IMG/VR virus record: IMGVR_UViG_2778261696_000009
Location: 1 to 20,973 of that record
DNA from: a virus
Lineage: Duplodnaviria > Heunggongvirae > Uroviricota > Caudoviricetes
DNA: 20,973 nucleotides
Direction: 5' to 3' (one strand)
Shown here: one piece after another, positions 1 through 7,312 of the stretch
How the letters are laid out: every line of letters starts with the position of its first letter
Position numbering within the stretch: position 1 is the stretch's first letter
Program-made: the position numbers and the translations under genes
The notes under the pieces: model-generated
Told to the model about the DNA's origin: nothing
The model's database searches: none
What the model saw: only the letters and a program-made list of their open reading frames with translations

Positions 1-411
1 ATGCCTGCCCCCGTCGTCCTGATCCTTGCGGCCGGGCGTGGAGAGCGCTTTCTCGCCTCCGGGGGAAATACCCATAAGTGTATCGGCTGGCGTCAGTCCC
101 CGGAGGTTGCGCCTTATCGCTGGCCATTTGAAGAAAACGGGAGAACTTTCGACCTTGCGATTGAACCGCAGATTACGACTAATGATCTGCGTCTGATGTT
201 GAGGCTGGCTCTTGCCGGCGGAGGAATAACAATTGCCACTCAGGAAACTTTCAGGCCATATATTGAAAGCGGTAAGCTTGTATCGCTGCTTGATGACTTT
301 CTTCCACAATTTCCGGGCTTCTATCTGTATTTCCCACAGCGTCGCAATATTGCACCAAAGCTCCGCGCCCTGATTGACTACGTCAAAGAATGGCGGCAGC
401 AATTGGTTTAA
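1..411 (+). CDS. LysR-family transcriptional regulator, C-terminal fragment (5' end lies outside the window)
   Basis: ORF open from the window edge to a stop at 409-411. The C-terminal stretch (ITIATQETFRPYIESGKLVSLLDDFLPQFPGFYLYFPQRRNIAPKLRALIDYV) looks like the tail of a LysR substrate-binding domain. The first ~40 codons may be frame artefact. Likely host chromosome flanking the inserted DNA. Confidence 0.55.
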   Translation: MPAPVVLILAAGRGERFLASGGNTHKCIGWRQSPEVAPYRWPFEENGRTFDLAIEPQITTNDLRLMLRLALAGGGITIATQETFRPYIESGKLVSLLDDFLPQFPGFYLYFPQRRNIAPKLRALIDYVKEWRQQLV

Positions 412-536
412 ATAGCTGCACCTGCACTGCCTGATGTCAGAACAGTATTTTGATGAATTGCCAAGGTTACAATGGCACAAATGCGGCACAGGAGGAAACG
501 TGGTGTATTTAAATATGGGGTAACTCTTTGATTTTA

Positions 537-553
537 ATGGTGCGATAATAGGA
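537..553. repeat. Candidate attL core: left copy of a 17/18-nt direct repeat (ATGGTGC-GATAATAGGA) flanking the P4-like element
   Basis: ATGGTGCGATAATAGGA at 537-553 recurs as ATGGTGCCGATAATAGGA at 8653-8670, with a single 1-nt indel. One copy lies just outside the crr end and the other just outside the integrase end, as expected for att sites of an integrated element. Confidence 0.4.
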
Positions 554-612
554 ATGAATATTAAAAGTTAAGACATTGATTTATAATAGATTATTATATT
601 CAAAAAATATAA

Positions 613-633
613 CTATACACATATCTATACACA
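613..633. promoter_or_regulatory. Tandem CTATACACA(T) motifs, candidate integrase arm-type binding sites (left end)
   Basis: CTATACACAT at 613-622 and CTATACACA at 625-633. The same 10-mer occurs at 8532-8541 and inverted at 8488-8497, next to the integrase start. Four copies sit inside the element ends, between the candidate att core and crr or int. Confidence 0.35.
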
Positions 634-670
634 CTGCGCGCATCGCTTGTTTTTTACACAATTAAAAGTA

Positions 671-977
671 AGAAAAAAGTTTTTTTTCGAAAGAACTGTT
701 CACACTGTTCACCTTTCTTTTGTCTCCTTTTATTTCAGAGTGATAGGTGGTGAATAATGGGTGAAGGGTGAACATTCGATTCTTCACCTCCGGCATTCTG
801 CCGGTGTGACTCATACCGGTGATTAATCCCCCATACTGAAATCACACAGGGAGAAAAAAAAGTTTTTTTTGATTTGATTGTTCACACTGTTCACCTTTCG
901 TTTTTCTCTTTTAATTTCAGTGTGATAACGGGTGAATACACGGTGAAGGGTGAACAGTGGATTGTTCACCTTCGGGG
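671..977. repeat. crr-like cis replication region: two ~125-bp direct repeats (671-800 and 851-977), each with TGTTCACC-type iterons in both orientations
   Basis: Both units start with an A-run/T-run (AGAAAAAAGTTTTTTTT) and share near-identical sequence. Exact TGTTCACC octamers at 706-713, 888-895 and 963-970; reverse complement GGTGAACA at 767-774 and 949-956; near-iterons TGTTCACA at 697-704 and 879-886. Located directly downstream of the alpha gene, as recalled for P4 crr. Confidence 0.75.
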
Positions 978-986
978 AATTCAGGG

Positions 987-1013
987 ATAAAAAAAGACCG
1001 GCAGATGCCGGTC
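987..1013 (-). terminator. Rho-independent terminator downstream of alpha
   Basis: On the minus strand: GC-rich hairpin GACCGGC-(4-nt loop)-GCCGGTC at 996-1013, immediately followed by a run of 7 T (plus-strand A-run 989-995). It sits 17 nt after the alpha stop. Confidence 0.6.
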
Positions 1014-1029
1014 AGATGAGTCATGATGG

Positions 1030-3363
1030 TCAGGTTGTCGCAGGGTCGTCACATTTTGGCAGCCAGTCGCCGTAGCTTTCCTCTTTCAGCGTCAGGTTGG
1101 TCTGTATCCCCTGTTTGGTATGGCGCTTCTCGTAATTCAGTCCGTATTCCTTCAGCATCACCGGCAGCCCCAGCCCGAACATTTTCAGACTGAGTACATT
1201 CCGGTAGCCGTTTGCCTCCATGTAGGCCAGATAGGCGTGATAGAGGTATTTACGGTAATTGCGCGGGATGATACTGGCGTTCCCCATATACATGCCGCTG
1301 GTCTGCGGCAGGGTTTCCAGATAGCCGATAAAATCAAACGTCGGGTCGGCATCCCGTTTGATGTTCAGCGCCTCGTATGAGTTCTGCTGGGACTGAAGCA
1401 GTGACCGGGCGAGCATCGGGTCGCTGAACTTCTGCATCAGGTGACGCACGATGACCGCCAGCTCGCGGGTGATTTTGTCCTTAAGCTGCGGGTCGCGCTC
1501 CTGCGGGGCTATCTGTTCCGGGAAGTGAATAATCACCCGCCGGCGTGACACGCCGCCGCTGCGGTCGGTGAAGCGCATCGGGTTATTGTTCACGGCCAGA
1601 ATTACCGCCGGGATATGCGTGGAGTATGCATCCCGGTATTTCGGGTCAACGGACACCGCATCGCCGCCGGTGATGGCCTTGAGTCCGGCACCGTCGCCGC
1701 TCCATTTTTCCTGGTCCGGCAGGCGTATCAGTGAGAAGCCAGTTAACGCGGCACGTTCACGCGGGGATTCCAGCGTCTCGATGGTGGCCGACGTGGCGTT
1801 ATCCTCCCCGGCCAGCAGGGTGGCTATTTCGGCCATGATACTTTTGCCGCTGCCGCCGGGACCGGTCACCTCCAGAAAGAGCTGCCAGTCGTAGCGGTTT
1901 GCCAGCACCATAAACAGTGCGGCCAGAATCACGTCGCGTTTTTCCGCACGACCACCGGCGGCACGGTCAAGCCAGCGCCAGAACGCGGGGGCGTGGGTTT
2001 CCAGCGTTTCCCCTTCCACCGGCGGGGTGAAATCCACATCGCACAGGGTGCGCATCCAGTGTGACGGACTGTGCGGGTGGAACGTGCCGCTCTGCGTGTC
2101 GAGCACGCCGTTACGAAAGCCAATCAGGCGGCGGGAGGGGGCTTCCTGCTGCGGAATAATCAGCTTCAGGGTGTCCACCACGGAGGCCACCTTCCCGGAG
2201 GAGAACGGCGCGCGCAGACGCTGAAACAGCCCGGCCACATCCCGGGCAAAGTCCTGTGGCGGCAGCACCTTCCAGACACCATTTTCATAGCGGGACAGAA
2301 GCTGGCCGTTGGCATCGACCGCGAGCGCCTCGCCGTAATGCTCATAGATACGCATGGCCTTTTCGCTGGTACTCATGGCGGAAAACTCCGCTTCGCTCAT
2401 GGTGTCGAACGGGCTTTCAGCCGGTGGCCGGATGGCATCATAAATGGCCTTACGGGTGGCTTCCCCGCCGTACTGCGTGAAGGCATCATTCCAGTCACCG
2501 AAGACCGGCGGCAGGGCAACAACACCTTCACACGCATCTGCGGCTGCGGCGGCTTTTGTCTGGCCGTCACCGCTGAGGTCACGGTCAGCAGCAAGGACAA
2601 TCTGACAGGCCGGATGCTTCTGCCGGGCAAGGCTGGCCAGAGAAAGGAGGTTCACGGAAGAAAGCGCCACCATCACCGTTTCACCGGTCAGGTGATGCAC
2701 GGTAAGTGCGGTCGCGTATCCCTCCGCTATCCACAGACGTTTTCCGGCCTGATTCTGTCCTTCAAGGGTGTGACAGGTGCCCCTGACCTGTCCGCCTTTC
2801 AGGGTGCGCTTACGGCCGTCAGCGCTGATTAACTGAAGGTTAACCAGTTCGCCGCTGTCGTCATACAGTGGCACCACAAGGTCACCGGCGCACCAGCTCA
2901 CGCCACCGGCTCTGTGTGTGCCGGTCAGCATCCGGCATTCCCGGCCGGGAAAACCCTTGCGGGTCAGGTAGGCGTTACCGGTTCCGGGACGGGTTTTCGC
3001 CATCAGGGTTTGTGCCAGTGCGGCGGCGTTCTTCCGGGCAGCGTCTGTTTCAGCACCGGCGGCGGCCGTCACTGCCGGGTCAGCCGGGGGCAGACAGCCG
3101 GTCACGGCAGCCACCTTTGCGGCCGCGTCGGACGGGGAAACACCAAACACCTTTTCAACCAGTTTCAGGCCGTCACCGGCACCACACTGATTGCAGTACC
3201 AGGTGCCGCGCCCCTCCCTGTCATCAAAACGGAAGCGGTCACTCCCGCCACAGACCGGACAGGGCTGATGACGGTTTTTCAGCACCTGAATCCCCAGCGC
3301 CGGGAGAATACGCGGCCAGTGGCCGAGCGCATGGCTGACGGTGGCGGTTACGTTCATTTTCAT
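1030..3363 (-). CDS. alpha: P4-type alpha protein: bifunctional DNA primase / helicase / origin-binding replication protein
   Basis: 777-aa ORF, the length recalled for P4 alpha. N-terminal zinc-binding motif (CPVCGG...CNQCG), Walker A P-loop (GPGGSGKS) mid-protein, and a C-terminal domain upstream of the TGTTCACC iterons it would bind. AAGGAG RBS 8 nt upstream of the ATG. GC-rich. Confidence 0.9.
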   Translation of the reverse strand: MKMNVTATVSHALGHWPRILPALGIQVLKNRHQPCPVCGGSDRFRFDDREGRGTWYCNQCGAGDGLKLVEKVFGVSPSDAAAKVAAVTGCLPPADPAVTAAAGAETDAARKNAAALAQTLMAKTRPGTGNAYLTRKGFPGRECRMLTGTHRAGGVSWCAGDLVVPLYDDSGELVNLQLISADGRKRTLKGGQVRGTCHTLEGQNQAGKRLWIAEGYATALTVHHLTGETVMVALSSVNLLSLASLARQKHPACQIVLAADRDLSGDGQTKAAAAADACEGVVALPPVFGDWNDAFTQYGGEATRKAIYDAIRPPAESPFDTMSEAEFSAMSTSEKAMRIYEHYGEALAVDANGQLLSRYENGVWKVLPPQDFARDVAGLFQRLRAPFSSGKVASVVDTLKLIIPQQEAPSRRLIGFRNGVLDTQSGTFHPHSPSHWMRTLCDVDFTPPVEGETLETHAPAFWRWLDRAAGGRAEKRDVILAALFMVLANRYDWQLFLEVTGPGGSGKSIMAEIATLLAGEDNATSATIETLESPRERAALTGFSLIRLPDQEKWSGDGAGLKAITGGDAVSVDPKYRDAYSTHIPAVILAVNNNPMRFTDRSGGVSRRRVIIHFPEQIAPQERDPQLKDKITRELAVIVRHLMQKFSDPMLARSLLQSQQNSYEALNIKRDADPTFDFIGYLETLPQTSGMYMGNASIIPRNYRKYLYHAYLAYMEANGYRNVLSLKMFGLGLPVMLKEYGLNYEKRHTKQGIQTNLTLKEESYGDWLPKCDDPATT

Positions 3364-3377
3364 GGTGTTGTTCTCCT

Positions 3378-3626
3378 TCAGTGCAGTACCGGCGCTTTTA
3401 TGTGACGGGCACAGAGTTCATCCATCACAACCAGCCCGAGAAAGGACAGCGACGGCGCGGCCTTCAGGGGGCCGGATTCCATTAAATCTTCCAGCAGGGC
3501 ACAGGCTATCTGACGCCCTTTTTCCTCACCGTGCTGGCGCAGATAAAAGCCCTCCAGCTCAGCGGCGATGGCCGCCTCCAGTGACTCAAGGGTGAGATGC
3601 GGGTAGCGGTGCTGACGTTCGCACAC
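3378..3626 (-). CDS. Small protein in the epsilon position, directly upstream of and co-oriented with alpha; identity unverified
   Basis: Stop lies 14 nt upstream of the alpha ATG and overlaps the alpha RBS, suggesting co-transcription. The start is uncertain: GTG at 3626 has no obvious RBS and internal ATGs exist. Called by position only. Confidence 0.35.
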
Positions 3627-3716
3627 GGTCAGCCAGGCACAGGCGACAGCGCGACGGTAAAGGGCAGCGCGTAAGACGGGCGGTACCGCGATTCACTGAC
3701 GTCAGCCTCCGGCAGT

Positions 3717-3998
3717 ATGAAACGCCCGAAAAGAATGCTTGTTACCGGATATTGTTGTCGGAGATGTAAAGGCCTTGCACTGTCAAGAACATCGCGGCGT
3801 CTGTCTCAGGAAGTCACCGAGCGTTTTTATGTGTGCACGGATCCGGGCTGTGGTCTGGTGTTTAAAACGCTTCAGACCATCAACCGCTTCATTGTCCGCC
3901 CGGTCACGCCGGACGAACTGGCAGAAAGCCTGCATGAAAAACAGGAACTGCCGCCAGTACGCTTAAAAACACAATCATATTCGCTGCGTCTGGAATGA
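3717..3998 (+). CDS. delta: Ogr/Delta-family zinc-finger late-gene transcriptional activator (single-domain)
   Basis: Cys4 pattern CRRC...(x22)...CTDPGC, with SRTSR and RFIVRP segments that align by eye with phage P2 Ogr (C..C...ARTSR...KERY.QC....C...RYIVKP). 93 aa as called; an alternative start is the ATG at 3735. Confidence 0.8.
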   Translation: MKRPKRMLVTGYCCRRCKGLALSRTSRRLSQEVTERFYVCTDPGCGLVFKTLQTINRFIVRPVTPDELAESLHEKQELPPVRLKTQSYSLRLE

Positions 3999-4071
3999 GG
4001 GCTGCCGGTTAACACCGGCCGTCGCCGCACACCGTATTTTTATTCTTCAGCATGATGAGAAAGAGATAACG

Positions 4072-4644
4072 ATGGAAAGCACAGCCTTACAGCAGGCCTT
4101 TGACACCTGTCAGAATAACAAAGCAGCATGGCTGCAACGCAAAAATGAGCTGGCAGCGGCCGAACAGGAATATCTGCGGCTTCTGTCAGGAGAAGGCAGA
4201 AACGTCAGCCGCCTGGACGAATTACGCAATATTATCGAAGTCAGAAAATGGCAGGTGAATCAGGCCGCCGGTCGTTATATTCGTTCGCATGAAGCCGTTC
4301 AGCACATCAGCATCCGCGACCGGCTGAATGATTTTATGCAGCAGCACGGCACAGCACTGGCGGCGGCACTGGCACCGGAGCTGATGGGCTACAGTGAGCT
4401 GACGGCCATTGCCCGAAACTGTGCCATACAGCGTGCCACAGATGCCCTGCGTGAAGCCCTTCTGTCCTGGCTTGCGAAGGGGGAAAAAATTAATTATTCC
4501 GCACAGGATAGCGACATTTTAACGACCATCGGATTCAGGCCTGACGCGGCTTCGGTGGATGACAGCCGTGAAAAATTCACCCCTGCGCAGAACATGATTT
4601 TTTCGCGTAAAAGTGCGCAACTGGCATCACGTCAGTCTGTGTAA
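4072..4644 (+). CDS. psu: Psu (polarity suppression protein; capsid decoration / Rho antagonist) of P4-like satellites
   Basis: 190-aa ORF, the length recalled for P4 Psu. Directly downstream of the delta-like gene as in the P4 sid-delta-psu operon (no sid here). GC-rich, helical-looking sequence. Confidence 0.8.
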   Translation: MESTALQQAFDTCQNNKAAWLQRKNELAAAEQEYLRLLSGEGRNVSRLDELRNIIEVRKWQVNQAAGRYIRSHEAVQHISIRDRLNDFMQQHGTALAAALAPELMGYSELTAIARNCAIQRATDALREALLSWLAKGEKINYSAQDSDILTTIGFRPDAASVDDSREKFTPAQNMIFSRKSAQLASRQSV

Positions 4645-4680
4645 AATTCCCCGAAAATCCGCCCGTTTTTACTGAAAAAA

Positions 4681-4710
4681 GCCATGCATCGATAAGGTGC
4701 ATGGCTTTGC
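4681..4710 (+). terminator. Possible terminator hairpin after psu
   Basis: Inverted repeat GCCATGCA-(9-nt loop)-TGCATGGC at 4681-4705, followed by TTT. Modest intrinsic-terminator features. Confidence 0.35.
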
Positions 4711-4735
4711 ATGCGTTTCCCTGCCTCATTTTCTG

Positions 4736-4763
4736 CAGACCGCGCCATTCCCGGCGCGGTCTG
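4736..4763. other. Perfect 11-bp GC-rich inverted repeat (CAGACCGCGCC / GGCGCGGTCTG) with a 6-nt loop
   Basis: Seen directly at 4736-4746 and 4753-4763. Not followed by a T-run, so not a classical terminator. Lies in the psu-cos interval, so it could be a packaging- or protein-binding element. Confidence 0.4.
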
Positions 4764-4808
4764 AGCGTGTCAGTGCAACTGCATTAAAACCGCCCCGCAA
4801 AGCGGGCG

Positions 4809-4827
4809 GGCGTGGCGGGGGGAGCAT
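4809..4827. other. Degenerate cos-like site (P2/P4 cohesive-end-like)
   Basis: GGCGTGGCGGGGGGAGCAT matches the recalled P2/P4 cohesive end GGCGAGGCGGGGAAAGCAC at most positions. It sits where cos lies in P4 (after psu) and coincides with the sharp GC-rich to AT-rich transition. Confidence 0.4.
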
Positions 4828-4902
4828 TGCGCGCTAAGGCTGATATTATAATTTTCTTTAATTCTATTTGGTATTTTGGCTTTATTCGTCAGAAGGAACG
4901 TT

Positions 4903-4937
4903 TAGAAATAGACCACTACAATGGATTGTAGCGGTCT
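4903..4937 (-). terminator. Terminator-like hairpin downstream of the int-RT-partner gene string
   Basis: 12-bp stem AGACCACTACAA / TTGTAGCGGTCT (one mismatch) with loop TGGA at 4910-4937. On the minus strand it is followed by ATTTCTAAA and begins about 10 nt after the partner-gene stop. Confidence 0.45.
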
Positions 4938-4946
4938 GCATGATAT

Positions 4947-5687
4947 CTAGCGTTGCATTTCAGTTACTATGAAATTTTCTTCTGTAATAGAATTCATTAT
5001 CTCAAAGTACAATTCTTCAGGTTGAATAAACGCCAACTCTTTGCAAAGGTTGACAATGGTATCACTATAAGTGATACCCATCCGAGGATTGAAAAGCTCA
5101 AATCTCTTGATGTTTCTTTTGTTTTTTGAGTAAAAGTTTAAAGTGAAATATATTAGCACCTGTCTAAGATCGTAAACACTAAACTTCCTATCTCCTGATT
5201 TTATTTCCACAAGAACATTTGAATAATAAATATCGCCATATGAATTATTTATTACTCCGCATCCATCGAATTGTGGAGACACTTCAATTTGGTTTTCCAT
5301 TCCATATCGAGACAAAATGTTTCTTGCTATTTCCCTTATGGCATTGTACTCAACCATGCTTAAGGGTAGCTTGAAGTTAGAACCGTAAGCGAACCGCTGT
5401 AGATATTCTTTTGTTTTTTCAAAAACAACCTGAAAATCAGCATTATGGAAGATATCATGTGCTGAAAGAATATTTCTGTCTAACGAATCATTCTGTATTG
5501 CCCTATATAAATTAAATGCGCACTCATTAACAAAGACGTTATTTGACCTATTAGCGCAGTCATCTAGAGGAGGATAAACGTCCTCGATGAGACTGCCGTT
5601 AATGATGCGTATGAAATTATTAGCATTTGGAAGCAATTGATTCCAAAATGAAGTGAATTTTCGAGAAAACGTTAATTCAGATATCAT
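4947..5687 (-). CDS. Partner protein of the reverse transcriptase (246 aa, unknown family; possible nuclease-like effector)
   Basis: AT-rich ORF whose ATG overlaps the RT stop as ATGA (5684-5687). No family recognised by eye. Contains GDIYYSNVLVEIKSG, i.e. D-x9-E-x-K in a hydrophobic beta-like context, weakly reminiscent of a PD-(D/E)xK nuclease core. Confidence 0.7.
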   Translation of the reverse strand: MISELTFSRKFTSFWNQLLPNANNFIRIINGSLIEDVYPPLDDCANRSNNVFVNECAFNLYRAIQNDSLDRNILSAHDIFHNADFQVVFEKTKEYLQRFAYGSNFKLPLSMVEYNAIREIARNILSRYGMENQIEVSPQFDGCGVINNSYGDIYYSNVLVEIKSGDRKFSVYDLRQVLIYFTLNFYSKNKRNIKRFELFNPRMGITYSDTIVNLCKELAFIQPEELYFEIMNSITEENFIVTEMQR

Positions 5688-7312
5688 AGCGCATCCTCAA
5701 GATTTCTTGCGGTATGCCTTTTACTTGCCCAATCCCTGTAAATCACCTCTACAAAGTTGAATGTTTTCTTATTATGCTCTCTCCAGTGCCGTCCTTCATC
5801 ACCTAAGATGTAACTGGAAACGATCAATAGTCTTCTCTGCAACGGATGCATTGCAGAGAAATTTTTTTTGATATCAGAAAGCCATGCGTAAGAATTAATT
5901 TTTGCCATTGACTGTGTAACTATGTTCTTGACTAAGATGCTTTCTGGATTGTTATTGTATATTTCACTAAGGATTAGGGTGGATTTTTCTGAATTTTCTT
6001 TTGAGAGCATTCGGGCTACATAGGCTAAGTTGAGCTCAGTACTCAAAATATATGAATCTTGTTTAATTAGTGCAGTTATTTTATCAAGAATAATATCTTT
6101 GGTTTCTGTGCTTAATTTTTGCCAGTTGGAGTTAGCTACTTGAATTATAGTTGTAAATATTGGATATAACTCATGCAAGTTATTAAACATTACTTTGAAA
6201 GCACTACTTATTATTTCATCTGATGTTGCTGAGAATGCCTTTATCAAATGCTTGCTAAAAGATTGGTTAATTTTTGATTTTTGTAACTCACTACTCAGCA
6301 TAGCTAACAAGTCAAAATCTTTTAAAGATTCCTTTATCTCTTCATATTCCTCTATCGCATTTGCTGAGTAAGGATCGAATCTTATAGGAAGACTCATAAA
6401 TTTAGCCTTCATAGGAGATTCTTCATCTTCATCATTACCATGCAACTTAGCTTTAGTTACTGAAAGGAACTCTTCTTTAGTAACAATATTGGTTTTTTGT
6501 TTCTGTAAAGTTAGCCCTTCATTTTCCATCAGTTTTTTACTAAGCAAAGTTAAAATCTTATGAGCATCCTCTCTAGAGTTACAAAAAATAACAAAGTCGT
6601 CGACATAACGCTTATAGTTGATTCTATTCATAGACAATAATTTATCAATAGAATCTAGAGCTAGTTCTGCTAATATTCTAGAGGCAGGACATCCAACTGG
6701 TACTCCATATGATTTTGTTTCACTAAATGTCTGTAGTAATTTCTTGATTTTCCCAGAGTAATCTTTATTGGGGTCGACTCTATCTAACGCATTTTCTAAA
6801 CGGTGGTGATAAATACGCGGATAGAAATCTGCTATATCGCATGTAAGTACATACTTTATTTCATCGTTAGAACATTCAGAGATACTGTCTTCTTGATATT
6901 TTCTCCAAGAGATCTCTTTATCAAAAAGAGAACCATCAGCAAGGTTTGGTTTAAAGCGATATGAATAAACCTGCGTTTTAGTAGATCTATTCCTTTCAAT
7001 ATCATCAGCGATTTTTAAAACTAACCCAAGAAAAAAAGCATTCCAGAATGGATCAATTTGGGTCGCCCACCTGTAACCATAATAACCAATACTTGAAAAG
7101 CTATTAATTATGTTTGGTGGAATCTCGATCCTTTTATTTTCAAAGTCATTAAATGTTTGCATTAATGCAGTTTTTACTTTCTCCTTATCATCTTCAAATA
7201 ACCGACTTTCAAATGGGTAAGGGAAAATATCTGTATCGCCGTGCTTTATAATATTTTCCAATGCAAGCTCAAAGCAATTTTCTAGTTTACTACTATCAAA
7301 CTCGTTACTCAT
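5684..7312 (-). CDS. Reverse transcriptase (Abi/DRT-like defence-associated RT: N-terminal RT domain plus ~250-aa C-terminal helical domain)
   Basis: RT palm motifs in canonical order: LTCDIADFYPRI (motif A-like), GVPVGCPASRILAELAL (motif B-like), YKRYVDDFVIF (motif C, YxDD box). The C-terminal half has no RT motifs and contains GRHWREH (R-x4-H). The ATG overlaps the integrase stop (AATGAGTAA) with AAGGAG 7 nt upstream. AT-rich. Confidence 0.85.
   Translation of the reverse strand: MSNEFDSSKLENCFELALENIIKHGDTDIFPYPFESRLFEDDKEKVKTALMQTFNDFENKRIEIPPNIINSFSSIGYYGYRWATQIDPFWNAFFLGLVLKIADDIERNRSTKTQVYSYRFKPNLADGSLFDKEISWRKYQEDSISECSNDEIKYVLTCDIADFYPRIYHHRLENALDRVDPNKDYSGKIKKLLQTFSETKSYGVPVGCPASRILAELALDSIDKLLSMNRINYKRYVDDFVIFCNSREDAHKILTLLSKKLMENEGLTLQKQKTNIVTKEEFLSVTKAKLHGNDEDEESPMKAKFMSLPIRFDPYSANAIEEYEEIKESLKDFDLLAMLSSELQKSKINQSFSKHLIKAFSATSDEIISSAFKVMFNNLHELYPIFTTIIQVANSNWQKLSTETKDIILDKITALIKQDSYILSTELNLAYVARMLSKENSEKSTLILSEIYNNNPESILVKNIVTQSMAKINSYAWLSDIKKNFSAMHPLQRRLLIVSSYILGDEGRHWREHNKKTFNFVEVIYRDWASKRHTARNLEDAL

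Noticed and set aside
1-130. The N-terminal ~40 residues of the ORF-track translation for the LysR fragment (MPAPVVLILAAGRGERF...)
   Set aside because: The ORF simply runs off the window edge. The early residues do not look LysR-like and may be out of the true frame context, so only the C-terminal part is treated as reliable.
1120-3405. Multiple plus-strand ORFs (1120-1380, 1568-1894, 2027-2224, 2071-2832, 2256-2480, 2868-3338, 2914-3405) and minus-strand 1929-2123 and 2397-2630 inside the alpha gene
   Set aside because: All are nested in or antisense to the 777-aa alpha ORF in GC-rich DNA, where long spurious open frames are expected. Their products are Arg/Pro/Gly-rich low-complexity and have no RBS context.
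3341-3966. Plus-strand ORF 3341-3595 and alternate-frame ORF 3739-3966
   Set aside because: 3341-3595 is antisense to the epsilon-position ORF and overlaps the alpha start. 3739-3966 is an alternate frame of the Ogr/Delta-like gene, whose zinc-finger motif identifies the real frame.
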